This document shows, one piece after another, positions 48,594 to 62,217 of a stretch of DNA of 64,000 bases. The stretch spans positions 118,544,001 through 118,608,000 of the forward strand of contig NC_043001.1 in the NCBI RefSeq assembly GCF_006345805.1, given 5' to 3'. The notes under the pieces are model-generated. The model ran no database searches, had not been told where the DNA came from, and saw nothing but the letters and a program-made list of their open reading frames with translations. Position 1 is the first letter of the stretch, and the number at the start of each line of letters is the position of its first letter. The stretch is from Octopus sinensis (lineage: Eukaryota). The translations under genes were made by a program, and so were the position numbers.

Positions 48594-49996
48594 CCAGCAG
48601 AAATACCTGGCGTTGCCGGGTTTAAAGAGAATAATGAAATTTTAAAACGCCATCTAGATTATGGTCTCAACTGCTAGTAGCTGGGATACTAACTTTCTAC
48701 ATAAATAACTCTCCAACCCATTCCAGCATGGAACATAGACGTTAAGTGAAATGCTAAAAGAAAGTTTTCAACTTATATATGTATATTAAGTAAATACACG
48801 TTATTCAAAAACCAATTTTGTGTAGCTTATTTCGTAACCACAAAACAGGTACAGATTATAAACAATGAAAGGCCGATTTTGGTGATTCATTTGACAGAGG
48901 TAGTAGAGAGTCAATCCGACGATATATCTGACCTTGGATCTTGAAAGTTTGCATGAATCCTGGCTCAGTTAAATCTCCAAATGGCTCCAAATGATGTCGT
49001 CTGTTGTGCAGCCTTGTATTGTCTAATTTTGTTTTGGAAGTGCTTCGAATTTTGGTCAGTTGATGACAACAGTTTCTTCAATGGCTCTGGAGGTTGTGGG
49101 ATTGCAGGGAGTTTAACTTTTCCATAACTGCAACACAGTGCAGGTGTCTCTCCTGGCCACTTCTTTGCTTTACAATGTATGCACTTAGTTGTCATTGCCC
49201 TAATGGAAACTCTAGTGTCATCTGCATAATGAACTACTGGATTATAATTGAAAGCTGCTTCATAGACGTTGCTTCTTTGATCTGTTGCAACTGCTCTTCG
49301 TTCTGCAGTGGAGATCCTATTCCTCTCTTTGGACAGAGACATTGTTTTGGCTGACAGAGACATTTTTTTGGCTGACCATGACATTATAGACAAATTTGAC
49401 ACTTTCCTCCTAGGCATGGTTATATATGTATACAGGAATACACGAGTGCAGAAGATAGTAAACAATGAAAATAATAACTGGGTAACGAAAATTATATTTC
49501 TTAATACGACGGGCATAAAGTAAATAAGAAATTTTTACGAAAATAAAGAATTGTACTGGTTGAAGCAAACTTTGTCAGTGAACCAAAGAGCCAGTATCGA
49601 AGAAACCAGAAAAAACCCTTTAACAACAGAAAAACACAACGGTTACAAAAGTAAATCAGAAATTTTTAGGGATATTAGCTAAGTGTACGGATTTAAGTGA
49701 AATTTTTGAAGTTCAGTAAATTATGAACTTACTTTTATCAGTAATTCCGTAAAAAAAAAATATATATATATACAAAACGTTACAAAAGTAAATAAGAAAT
49801 TTGTAGGCAAATTTAACGAAGTGTACAGATTGATGAAGTTACTTCTGTCTGTAAATTATGTATGAGATTACTTTCATCAGTAATTGCGAACTTCTTTCTG
49901 TCAGTAATTTGTCGTTGTTTGTAAATAGCGATTGAAAACTTACAGTGAAAACAATAGCATCTGAAAAATGAAAGTGACAACAATAGAGAGTGAGTG

Positions 49997-50093
<97 letters not shown>

Positions 50094-50143
50094 GAAGCTA
50101 GCTAGTTAGACAAGTAAGATAGATATAGGTAGATAGATAAGAT

Positions 50144-50182
<39 letters not shown>

Positions 50183-50531
50183 TAGAGATAGAGATGGATA
50201 GAGTGATATAGACGTCACTGACGCTAGAAAACCGGAAGTAAATATTTTTCTAATTTCAAAGACGTGAATTTAATATAAAAAACAATATTTTTTTATTTTT
50301 TGATCAATGGATGTAAGGGAGACAATCAATTTCTGAAAGTTACTTCGCAAAGAGTTACCTCCCTTCTCTACGTAACCCAGGAGCAGGTGTTTTCAGCCCC
50401 CAGGGGGCCCATTACTCATTATATGAAAATGTTTAGGAGTCTAAAACCATAAAGGAGTCTAAATACATAAGTAATGTATGTTCCCAGTTTAGATAAAATC
50501 AGTTGAAAAACACGGCCGTTATAATCTTTTA

Positions 50532-50591
<60 letters not shown>

Positions 50592-50609
50592 CGGGATTTA
50601 TAATATAGA
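48594..50609 (-). mobile_element. Internally deleted Helitron retaining the RepHel N-terminal zinc-finger region
   Basis: 5' A|TCTATATTATAAA at 50609; 3' hairpin CCCGGC-AAC-GCCAGG + CTGG|T at 48594; ORF from ATG 49417: MTTKCIHCKAKKWPGETPALCCSYGKVKLPAIPQPPEPLKKLL...FQNKIRQY...TSFGA, then frameshifted GFMQTFKIQGQIYRRIDSLLP; no Rep or helicase core. Confidence 0.9.
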
Positions 50610-50668
50610 TAATATCTTTGATAGGTTTCAGCCAGTATAGGCCCAGGTCATGTCTAACTTAACAGCAG

Positions 50669-50761
<93 letters not shown>

Positions 50762-53700
50762 ACACACACATGCAAACACATTAATTTTACTAATTATATC
50801 TAATATGCATGCATACTTGCACATTTAAAGCGAACAATTGGCGCCGTTGCACAGATTAAGGATGAATATTCAAGTTTATGTTGTTCTTGTGTCGCCCCAG
50901 GTCACATGATCAATCGGACAAAAGCACGAGCAAATAGGCTGAAAGATTCTGAAAGATTCTCCAACTCACTACCTTTGAAGCCCAACCTTCGTCTATTTTC
51001 TTCTCATGAACTCTCTAGAGTGGGAACTTCACCTCCCCATTGCTAACCTGAGTTGTGGGGATTTTGTGGTTAAAAAGCTTTCTTCCCAACCATGTGGCCT
51101 TACGTTCAGTCCCACTGTGTGGTACCTTGGGCAAGTGTCTCCTTCAATGCCCTCGAGCCGACCAACGTCTTGTGAGTGGCTTTGGTAGACTGAAACTGTA
51201 AGTAGTCCGTGGTATTTATGTATATATGTGTGTATGTGTTTGTCTGTTTGTGTATGACTTGGGGTTTGTGTTTATCCCCCACCACTACTTTATAAACGGA
51301 GTTGGTTTGTTTACGACCCCTTACCTTAGCGGTTTGGTAAAAGTCACTTGTAGAATAAGTATCAAACTTTTAAAAATAAGTTCTGAGGTCAATTTGTTCG
51401 ATCGAACCCTGCAAGGCGGTGCTTTAGTATAGCCACAGTCCAATGATTGAAACAAGTAAAAAATAAACGATGAAGATGAGGCCATGGTAGCTTTGAAGAT
51501 GCCTTTTTCTCTTCTGTTAACGCTTAACATAGAATTGTAATTTCCTGTCACTCTAGTGGAAGACATACTTGTTTCAATTGCTGCGTCTTCCCGTACATTT
51601 CAAAGTAAACCGAATTTGTTTGGAACGCTGTCTTCGTTTCTTCTTTGCTCCAGGTCATCCTTGACCCAGCAAACTTACGATCAATAGTGTACCGGCTATA
51701 ACCATACCGTCCTTTTTATTCGAGTATTGGGTATATAGGACTATATCGAATTCGCTCTTCCGTCTTTTAAGATGATAATGCAGATATAACATCCGTCACT
51801 TTCGACAGTGATTTGTATTTAGTAGCTGAGTATTCCACAAACACATGTACCCTTCTCGTAATTCTAAGGTAGAATCAGCGTGGCAATGTTTAACAAACCT
51901 GGCATTTTGAATAACCTGGCACGCTACACCTGATAGCTTTCCACGCATTTTCTATCAGTTTCACATAGCTTGGATCGACTGTGAGTTATGGAAGGAGATT
52001 CTTGACCAAAACACCACGTAGTAGAATCGAACCCGGAATTTCGTAATTGCGAAGCGAGCTTCTTAATCACTTGACCTTGCTTACGCCTGTAAGAGACAGA
52101 TTTGTAAAATATTATGCGGCTGTCGAGCGACCGTATGCAGGTTCTTTCACTGGCACGGAATGCACGTGTTCACAGTTGATGAATATTCTTATGAAGAAAA
52201 CAGGAAGCATTAATTCCGGCGAATTGGCAGAGTCGTCAGAGTTAAGGACAAAATACCTTGCGACATATGTTATGGATCTCTGAGTTCCAAATTCAAATCC
52301 CATCTTTCGTTCTTTCGGCGGGGAGGGGGCGATGAAATAAAGTATTAGCTCAGGGCAGTAAGATCGGCGGAAATACTTGAGTGTCGGACGAGATGTCTTG
52401 CTGTATTTGTACCGGTTGTTCTTATTCTGAAGTTATTGAGCGATAAACTTAATCTGCCACCTGGTTTAATGCAACATGATCCTTGACTACCTGTAGCGGA
52501 GTTCTCTCTGTTGCAGACATTCGAGATAGATCTCTGGTTTGAAGATAGCCTTCCCAGAGGAGATAAAAAGTAAAGGGTCATGGGTGCTACGTTTCACAAA
52601 GCTCTAACTAAGCAGTAAAAGGAAATATAAAAGTTTCACTGTTCAAGATACTGCGGCTAAGCGATTACATACTACGGGAGATGTGCTTGTACGTTTTATA
52701 TCCAAGGACTTGGTGGGTTTGCATACACACACTAGCACACATATCATATATCTACAAAATGGAACTTGAAAGTTTGAAAAAATAGTGACGTGTGTACTCA
52801 GCTACTAAATACAAATCACTGTCGAAAGTGACGGATGTTATATTTACATTATCATCTTAAAAGACGGAAGAGCGAATTCGATAATGTAGTCCTATATACC
52901 CAATACTCGAATAAAAAGGACGGTATGGTTACAGCTGGTACACTATTGATCATAAGTTTGCTGGGTCAAGTTTGCATGTGTCAGTATGTGTACGTGATCA
53001 CCATTTTATTTTTTTCAATATAGTTGTAATCTACACAATCTGAGAGGTACTTGTAGAAAATTTTATACGAAAATATCCATTTTTCTGAAAGCTATGAGGA
53101 AACAAAGTCGGGGGTGCACTTGTGTAGGTAAATCCTTAATTTATTCAGAAGGAAAAAAAAAAACTAAGTTGACCTCGGCGGAATTTGAATTCAGAACGTA
53201 AAGATGACAAAATGCCACTGAGCAATTTTGTCAGGCGTGGCAACGATTCTAGAAACTCGCCGACTTAACAACAGCAGTAGTAGTAGTAGTAGTAGCAGCA
53301 GCAGCACAAAACACATAGCACCTCTGGTCTCAATAAAACAATACAACCCATGCAGCACGTACTCTACCCACTCAAAACCCAATAAAATAACATCGCAAAC
53401 TGTTACGTAATCGTCACACGATATTATTACATCCCGCACACCAGCAACAATTTGCTCCACTTATATCCTATAGAAGTTGAATAATACAGAGACGGATTAA
53501 GGCCAACTGATGGTCTAACCGCAAGCTACCACTCTCGAAACTTCTATTGTCTAAGTGACAAGATATTAAGTCATATATAAGTGATGAATGTGAAATAATA
53601 TAAACTACATACCACTTATGCAGTTTATGCACGCGTGTCACACAATTATATAACACTTCACATGAAACACATTACATTATACAAACACTACTAAAAAAAA

Positions 53701-54329
53701 AATGGACCACCGCCAATTTCGACGATGAGCATTCAGTTATTCGATGAATTGAACTAACTGATAATTGAAAGAGCGTGCAATTCATTGATTATTTCACACA
53801 CACGTGTACCCTTGACATGATCATCTGATAGAATCAGCATGAAATAGTGTATGACATATACAATCCGGTCAACGGACTTCTCCGCAGTTTCTGTCGACCC
53901 CGCTGCCACTTACAGGTTTGGGTTGATTTGAAGTATTGATAAAAAGACACATGCTCAAGATGTCCCGCTGTGGGATCAAACCAGGGATTTCGACATTGTG
54001 AAAGGAAAATCTTAATCATTCGACTATATTTATCCGTGATTAGCGAAGAAACTCAACATACATTGGACATACTCTAAACAATATTCAAAAGAGGCATTAA
54101 ATGCTGGTTCTCAAACAGTGCACCACAAAGAGTGGTATATATTCGAGCAAAATACCCCCCCCCCCCCGTCCAATGGACGGTGCTGAGTTGTCAAACATTT
54201 AAACCAAATTTTCTCAAAACAATTTGTCCGACCGTCCTATAGGCCTCCCCTTTGAGAAACACTGATTTAACCTAAATATGAGTCACCAGCAAAAGAAGAA
54301 ATAAAGATAGACTTTTTTTCTATTCCTAA

Positions 54330-54566
54330 GAAAAACGATTTCTCAGGCTTCATCGATCGCATTCTCACCTGGAATAGATTTTTGTAATTTTTTCAAGACT
54401 TATACACGCCCTGATACCGTCGGTATCTACATATCAAATTTGAGCGCAATCGGATGGAGGGTTTCCGAGATCCTAGAAGCCACACGCACACACACACACA
54501 CGCGCACACGCGCACACGCGCGCACACGCGCACACGCGCGCACACACACACAACGTATTTTATATA

Positions 54567-54569
<3 letters not shown>
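54330..54569 (-). mobile_element. Helitron-like 5' end (3' end not found)
   Basis: Minus strand A|TCTTATATAAAATACGTTG(TG)n...ccgattgcgctcaaatttg; same layout as the other Helitron 5' ends; left boundary approximate. Confidence 0.6.
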
Positions 54570-54597
<28 letters not shown>

Positions 54598-54600
<3 letters not shown>

Positions 54601-54972
54601 ATATAAACGGCAGTTTGTCTGTGTTTCTGTGTGTCTGTTTGGTTGTACCCTCACCCTGACCACGGCTTTCAACCGATTCTGATGAAACTTGACACATACA
54701 TAGCCCAATGTCATAATTCAAAACTAACGCAGCGAACATTTTGAAAAGTTCCCCCAGTTCTGAAAAAAATCGATAAATTCGACATGGGGTCGAGAATCAG
54801 AAACACAAACCACAGACTGTCTAGGGGACGCAACTCGACCTTTTTTAACTCTCAAAAAAAACTTACCATCATTTTTTCCCCATTTTTTGGCTATTTTTTG
54901 GCTATAACTCTCTAAAAATGCTTTATAGTTATTTCCCTTACAAACCTGAGCAACGCCGGGCGATACTGCTAG
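54598..54972 (+). mobile_element. Non-autonomous Helitron (375 bp)
   Basis: A|TCTATATAAACGG ... CCTGAGC-AAC-GCCGGG cgatactg CTAG|T. Confidence 0.88.
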
Positions 54973-55685
54973 TATATATATATATACATACATGAATAGT
55001 GAAGGAAAATGGGGATAGAAGAAATCGAGGCGAATATCTCAATTAGAACTGCATGCGATGAACCCAGCTAACAAACTGTCCATTGAAATGTATAGTAATC
55101 CATATGGTCTAAATATACCAGGTGACAGGTACAAACTGTAAATCCGAGGTTAATTGCTAATCGATGGGTTGGTGCATCAATCATAGAGTATGGCAGCAAC
55201 AAGACAAAAATTTAAGAATTATATTCTTACATAACTTAACTTGCGTTTCGGATGAGTTAAGGAACTTTGTCCATTTCATAGAATGGTTTATATGCATAAT
55301 CAATCAATCAATCAATCAGTCAGTCAGTCAATCAATCAATCAATCAATAAAACAATCAATAAAACAATCAATTAATTTATAGAAGAGTTAGCTTCCAATC
55401 ATTATTTTCAGAGCATAAAATTTATGATGTTAAAGTTTCCGGAATCTGCTACACACAGAACTAATGGAAATGGTTTTGTAAATAACAGACATCTCAGACT
55501 ACATTCTCTGATTTATTATGTCCTTGCCAAATTCACAGTCGTGGGAGGTCGAGACATCATAAAGTGCTGGAGAATGTTAGTATGTAAAAATATAGCTTTG
55601 GGAAGATAAATGCCGTTTAAACGCTTTATTTGCTGGTTAGTCTGTGGTAGAGATGGAGAGGATTCGAAGGAATGTCAACATAGTT

Positions 55686-55892
55686 TCAAATTTTGGCACA
55701 AGGCCAGCAATTTCGGAGTGTAGGTTAAGTAGATTACACCGACCCCAGTAATCAACTGGTATTTTATGGACCCCAAAAGGATGAAAGACAAAGTGGACCT
55801 CGGCGGAATTTGAACTTAGAATGTAAAGACGGACGAAATGCCACTAAGCATTTTGCCCGGGGTGCTAACGATTCTGCCAGTTCACCGCCTTA
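55686..55892 (-). mobile_element. SINE family A
   Basis: Reverse complement of the family A head and body. Confidence 0.85.
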
Positions 55893-56755
55893 GAGTGCAA
55901 AGTAATATTGTGTGGAAAATATGTAATAATTCGACCTTATTTCTTTCGAGAAATACCAGGTTTACTACGGTTAAAGTGAATTCCATTTAATAAAGATTAA
56001 TCTGGATTACGCTAGGTGTAATAATAAAGGATTAGATTAAGAATGAAAAATTAATTAGAAAACGTCTGCTTAGTTTATTAAATAGTAGATGAATTAAGAA
56101 GGAAGAGGAAGAATCACTAATAATATAAATTAGGTTTCGATTTTATTTATTTATGCCAAGGTAAGTTAATTATATGAGATTTTTATGTGAAAAGAATGTT
56201 TTGCTAAATAAATTAGTACTGTGAATTAATAGCTGTTAATTAGGGTTGAATTTACAATTGATTAATTCAAATGCTTCTACCAAGCGCTAATTACCGCCCC
56301 CTGTATAATGAAGCGCACTACCTATAATAGACTACGAAACAGAGTAATCTATATTCTTCCCTTTGAGGCCCAGACGAATTTGACCAACGGTATCGACAAC
56401 GATTTCTTTATTTCTAACAAATACAAAACCTTTAAACCCAGTTGATGCAGTGAAGCCAAAAGAAACCAGTAAACGAGCCTCTAAGTAGCCATCGCTTGAT
56501 TTGCTAGAAATAACACCCCACTCCTATACATGTCACACTTCTAATGTCTTGAAATACCCTATGTCCCGATAAAAGACTGACATGGCCATAGCTGGAATAT
56601 CATTGATCACAAGTCTCTGCTCGGTCGTGGTTGATCTGGGGTTAAACAAAAACAATAGCAACAACAACAACTGAAACTTTTAGGGATGCAAATGCATGAT
56701 CGATGTGTAAAAACAAACAAATCAACGAGAAAACACTTGCATAATCGCTCTATCT

Positions 56756-57356
56756 TATTTCTTTATTGCCCACAAGGGGCTGAACATAGAGGGGACAAAC
56801 AAGGACAGACAAAGGCATTAAGTCGATTACATCGACCCCAGTGCGTAACTGGTACTTATTTAATCGACCCCGAAAGGATGAAAAGCAAAGTCGACCTCGG
56901 CGAAATTTGAACTCAGAACGTAACGACAGACGAAATACCTATTTCTTTACTACCCACAAGGGGCTAAACACAGAGGGGGACAAACAAGGACAGACAAACA
57001 GATTAAGCCGATTACATCGACCCCAGTGCGTAACTGGTATTTAATTTATCGACCCCGAAAGGATGAAAGGCAAAGTCGACCTCGGCGAAATTTGAACTCA
57101 AAACGTAACGACAGACGAAATACCTATTTCTTTACTACCCACAAGAGGCTAAACACAGAGAGGACAAACAAGGACAGACAAACAGATTAAGTCGATTACA
57201 TCGACCCCAGTGCGTAACTGGTACTTAATTTATCGACCCCGAAAGGATGAAAAGCAAAGTCGACCTCGGCGAAATTTGAACTCAGAACGTAACGACAGAC
57301 GAAATACCGCTAAGCATTTCGCCCGGCGTGCTAACGTTTCTGCCAGCTCGCCGCCT
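56756..57356 (-). mobile_element. SINE family A with tandem triplication of its 184-185-bp body and tail
   Basis: Units 56756-56939, 56940-57124 and 57125-57308; a single head at 57309-57356. Confidence 0.92.
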
Positions 57357-59135
57357 TCAATAATCACTCTATCTGCTAGGAGTAATAGTCAAATCTGCCT
57401 CAAATCACACACTATTGTTTTTTAAAAATTACACGTTGGGTAATGCAATCCTGGATTCCCTGCACATAGAAAAAATGTGAGCTGGTCTTTGATCACAGGT
57501 CTACTCGATCGGGGCTGGTTTAGGACTAAACAACAAAACAACAAGTGTAAAAGGAGAAACAAGGAAAAAAAAAAAAACATATTTTCCAACTTAATTATAA
57601 GCCCACTGAATGTGATTAGTACTTTAGTTTTCTAAAATTTTTCTAATTGATCTTAAGTCCATAAATTATGATTATAAATTATAAATAATTTAAAGGGAAA
57701 TAATTTGCGGTGAAAAATATAGTTGTTTCGGATATTTGTCCTTCTTCAGAAAGGAAAAAGTAAAAGCATAGTCAAAGTTTGCTAAGGAGCAAATGAGAAA
57801 TGAAAGGGTGGTAAAGTGGAGTGAGAAAGCGAGGGGGTAAGAGGAAAGTGAGAAGTAGTGCGGGTAGAGTGATGTGGGGGAAAAGTGAGAGGGAGAAGTG
57901 GTTAAAGTTTGTGACATGGCCAGGTAAGTTTAGCTAAAAGTCGGATCAAGTGAAGTAAATGAAATTGTGTGGTATGGGCTGCGGCAGTGTGTGTTTATGT
58001 AGTCATTCAAAAAAAAAAAAAAACGCGAGAAACTCAGAATAGACCAGGACAAGATACTAGAGACAGCATTAAGATGGATACGGGAAGGCACATGGCCAAG
58101 CGTACAGGGTATCGGGATCACAGTCGTAAAGCTGTGAGTTCAAGTTGCGGGTGAGCGGCTCGTCGTTACTGAGCAAGGCATTTCAATTCACATTGATCCA
58201 GTCCAGTCAACTGAAATTAGTTCCAGTAGCATCTGGGGTTAACTTTGTGGATGGACTTAAGCCATGAAAAGGCTATCATAATGGCCAGAATTGTTACCCC
58301 GTTAATCTAGAATTAAAAAGACGGACTCCTCCTAAAAAGCAAGGGGTCAGGGCGGTTAAAGAACACTTAGCATAGAACAGTTGAATGAGAATTGAGAAAA
58401 CTGGATCATGTATGGAGCAAGGCACGGAGAATTGCACGGAGACCCGCCTGAATGGCATCGAATAATGGAAGACTCATTTCCCAAATGTGAAGAGCTAAAC
58501 AACAACAACGACGACACCCCCACCCACCCCACCCCATCATCATCATCATCATCATCACCACCACCACCACCAACACAACAACAACAACAACAACAATAAA
58601 CACAACTACAACATATATCTGTTCCCTTCCCTTCTTTTTCTTTCTTTGTTATACTTTTATGCATTTTTGTTTCTTTTTTTTACACTCTCATTCTTTTTCT
58701 ATTCTTCTTTCTTACCATCTTTCTTTTTCTTCTCTTTCTTACTGTTTTTTTTCTTTCTTTCTTGCATTCCTCATTTCCTTCTCTTTCTGGTTTTCTTTTC
58801 TTTTCTTTTCTCGCCATCTTACTTTCTCTTCTTTCAGTTCTTATTACAATACTCCATTTCAAAGCAACCAGATGCCATAATTGTTTGCACGCCGGACAAA
58901 CATACTTGGCAACATTTCTTGTCTTTACTTTCTGAGTACAAAATGCGTCAAAGTCAACTTTTTCTTTCATCACTTTAAGATCCATAAAATAAGTTCCGGT
59001 CGAACACTGGGGTCGCTGTAATCGACTAATTTCTTCCACCAAAATTTCAGCCCTTGTGCCTGTTGTAGATAGAATTATAATACTCTGTGTCTTCATTCTC
59101 CCCTCTACCCATTATCACAGGTTCATCGTCTGACT

Positions 59136-59367
59136 ATGAAAAAGAAGAGAATGATGCTTTATAACGCCATGGTGCTTATTTTGTTCCACATAAGCACGAC
59201 GGAGGCCTTGTTTTTCAGAACGGGTCCAGTTAACTGCATAGTCACCGAATGGAGCGAGTGGAGTAAACCTCTTAGTTTTGGACTGGTGGAACGACATCGC
59301 AAAATACTTCGTCCAGCAGAGAACGGCGGAAATCCCTGTCCACCAACTTCTGAGAAACTGACAGTCA
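59136..59367 (+). CDS. Secreted TSP1-vWA protein, first coding exon: signal peptide + spondin-type TSP1-like domain
   Basis: MKKKRMMLYNAMVLILFHISTTEA|LFFRTGPVNCIVTEWSEWSKPLSFGLVERHRKILRPAENGGNPCPPTSEKLTV; upstream acceptor cacag at 59120 after a pyrimidine tract; donor A|gtaagt at 59368 (phase 1). Confidence 0.85.
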
Positions 59368-59439
59368 GTAAGTTAATTATATTTTGATTTATTTTATTTG
59401 GTAATTTTTTTCGATGAAGTTATATAAGGCATACCTGCA

Positions 59440-59756
59440 CATATGTGAAGGCGCGTGGATTAGTGTTTAAGGTTAATCGGCTCACGAGTTCAATTCCCGG
59501 CGGCGCATTGTGTCCTTAAGCAAGTCATTTTATTTCACGTTGCTCCAGTTTGCTCAGCTGGCAAAGATGAGTAGTACTGGTTATTCAAACGGTCGACCTT
59601 GTCACATTCTATGTCACAGTGAATCTCCCTGAGAACTACATAAAGGGTACGCGTGTCTGTGGAATGCTCAGCCACTCGCGCGTTAATTCCACGAGCAAAC
59701 TGTTCCGTTGATCAGATCGCTTGGAACCCTTGTCATCGTAACTGACGGAGCGCCAC
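59440..59756 (+). mobile_element. Third tRNA-derived SINE family (C)
   Basis: ggcgcgtggattagtg (A box)...gagttcaattccc (B box)...tgtgtccttaagcaag; related fragments at about 23626-23800 (+) and 51800-51940 and 53760-53990 (-). Confidence 0.7.
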
Positions 59757-60527
59757 CTATACACGTGTACCTCCACTGTGACTTTCCGAAAAATGAATAA
59801 CTTTTAGTGGAATTTTCTGCAAATACCGTTCAGGTGATGTAGATTCCGATCGGAATTTGTTGTGAAAAATTTTTTCGGAGTTGGAAGATTAGTTTCGAGT
59901 AATTCACACCAGTCGACTTTGCTTCCTAATAACTTTCAGAATTTTAAGTTTCATTATGTGACATGTATCAGTCATGTATGTATGTGTGGCCCACCAATTT
60001 TTTCTTTCTCACATTAAATTCGTAGTTTACACTATCTGAGAAGTATTTGCAAAAAGTTTCGATAAGAACATTTCTTTTTCTGAAAGTTATAAGGAAACAA
60101 AGTCGAGACGTATGAATTATCCGAAATTATTCCACACCACGAAAACATTTTCAAAACACATTCCGATATCATCGGAATCTGCACCATCTGAAAGGTATTT
60201 AGAGATAATTTCATTAAAAAATATCTATTTTTCTGAAAGTTATGAAGAAGCAAAGCCACGGAGGTGGGAGGTACACGTGTGTAGATATGCCTTATCTAAA
60301 ATGACTGACAAAAAATGCAAATGAAAAGCAGCTGAATTTTCTACCAAGTTCTGAATAATTAGTTTGTAAAGTTATTTTATGAAAATCCAGACACTGAAAA
60401 AAAAAATGATTATACGGTGTATTAGTATCAAATTCAATAGTTGAATATCAGAAAAGAATGCAGTTCCGATAACAGACAAAGTCAACATCTATTACAAAGT
60501 TGCAAAAGCAACGAAAATTTTGGAAGG

Positions 60528-60593
<66 letters not shown>

Positions 60594-61433
60594 ATATAAT
60601 GAATGAATGGAAATTAAACTGGTGAGTGTGTTAAATATTAGGGCATTAAGATAGTATGACTCTCCCTATTATTAATACAATATTGTTGATTTTTATTTTA
60701 AGATTAATATTTTCGACAGAAAGATAAATTTCTCATTTTCATTTTATTTACGAGAGTGGGTGAATGAGAGAGAGGGGGAGAAAGAGAAATGGAGAGAAAG
60801 AGATAGATAGATAGGGAGAGAAAGAAGGAGAGAGAGCGAAAGAGAGAGAGAGATGTATGTTCCGGTGAATAAAAATTAGTTTTGTGATTAAAGCGCGTAC
60901 TTGAATCTTCAATAATAGCTAACTTTTGAAAACCTCATTTTGATAAAAATATATAAAAATTGGAATTTATAAGAATGTTCGAGACATTGTAGGCTTTAAT
61001 AATGCTTTCTTTTAGAAAGATTTGCATAATTTCAACAAATTAATAAGCTGCTTTTTTCCATTTACAGTATAGATTTCACTGTCACCCATTTTATACATTT
61101 TTTTTGTTCTGCGTCTCAGTACATATAACACCTTATTAAATCGAGCGGAAGAGGGGAATTTCCACGTGCTAGCAATCGCTGCCAAATATCCCTCAATTCA
61201 CAACCCTACACTCTTAAGGATACATTTGGTAATACAGTTCAGGCCACACTATTGCTAAAAATATAGAAAACGCTAAGTCATGGTTGACTTGAATATCGTT
61301 GTGCATAAATTTGTTTAGTTAAAGGTCGGTGTAGGGCTGAAGAACAACAACTTGGTATTTAAAGAATAACGGAGTCTCTACGTGGCCGCTCGACCTGCTA
61401 AAAAGGCAGACAAATATTTCTAAAATCTTTACT

Positions 61434-61850
61434 CTCTCTCTTTACTCTTTTACTTGTTTCAGTCATTTGACTGCGGCCATGCTGGAGCACCGCCTTTAGT
61501 CGAGCAACTCGACCCCAGGACTTATTCTTTGTAAGCCTAGTACTTATTCTATCGGTCTCTTTTGCCGAACCGCTAAGTGACATAAACACACCAGCATCGG
61601 TTGTCAAGCAATGCTAGGGGGACAAACACAGACACACAAACATACACGCACACACACACACACACATATATATATACATATATACGACGGGCTTCTTTCA
61701 GTTTCCGTCTACCATATCCACTCACAAGGCTTTGGTCGGCCCGAGGCTATAGTAGAAGACACTTGCCCAAGGTGCCACGCGAGTGGGACTGAACCCGGAA
61801 CCATGTGGTTGGTAAGCAAGCTACTTACCACACAGCCACTCCTGCGCCTA
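61434..61850 (-). mobile_element. SINE family B (near-intact, CpG-rich)
   Basis: Full head, central block and (CTCTTTTA) tail. Confidence 0.9.
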
Positions 61851-62065
61851 CAACCTTTACAGAAAGTAAAGGCTTGTGAGATGGTGGTGATGTAGTCTGA
61901 GATAAACTGTCTAAAAGACGTGATGGTCATCGTTGAAACGCCAATTTTCGTAAGTCAGCTTGATTAGATCTTACCATGGGTGTTTACATCAACTGGGAAC
62001 TAAATTTTGTTGTTTTGTGATTTATTTGGTGTCAGTCATCGGAAAGAAGGGAGAGCTTATGTTGT

Positions 62066-62217
62066 TGTTGGTGGTGGTAGTGGTGGTTATGGTAGTGACA
62101 ATAGTGCTGATGGTGGTGGCGGTAGTGGTGGTTATGGTAGTGACAATAGTGCTGATGGCGGTGGCGGTAGTGGTGGTTATGGTAGTGACAATAGTGCTGA
62201 TGGCGGTGGCGGTAGTG
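62066..62217 (+). repeat. Three 45-bp G-rich tandem units inside a (GGT)-derived tract
   Basis: Unit ggtggtggcggtagtggtggttatggtagtgacaatagtgctgat, near-identical three times. Confidence 0.85.

Noticed and set aside
49571-49583. tttgtcagtgaac, a 13-nt match to the 5' part of the variant hammerhead, inside the Helitron
   Set aside because: Not followed by stem II, GAAA or stem I complement; treated as chance.
57780-57929. CAG|GTAAGT at 57923/57924 as a 5'-UTR exon donor of the TSP1-vWA gene
   Set aside because: A consensus donor alone is insufficient; needs transcript evidence.
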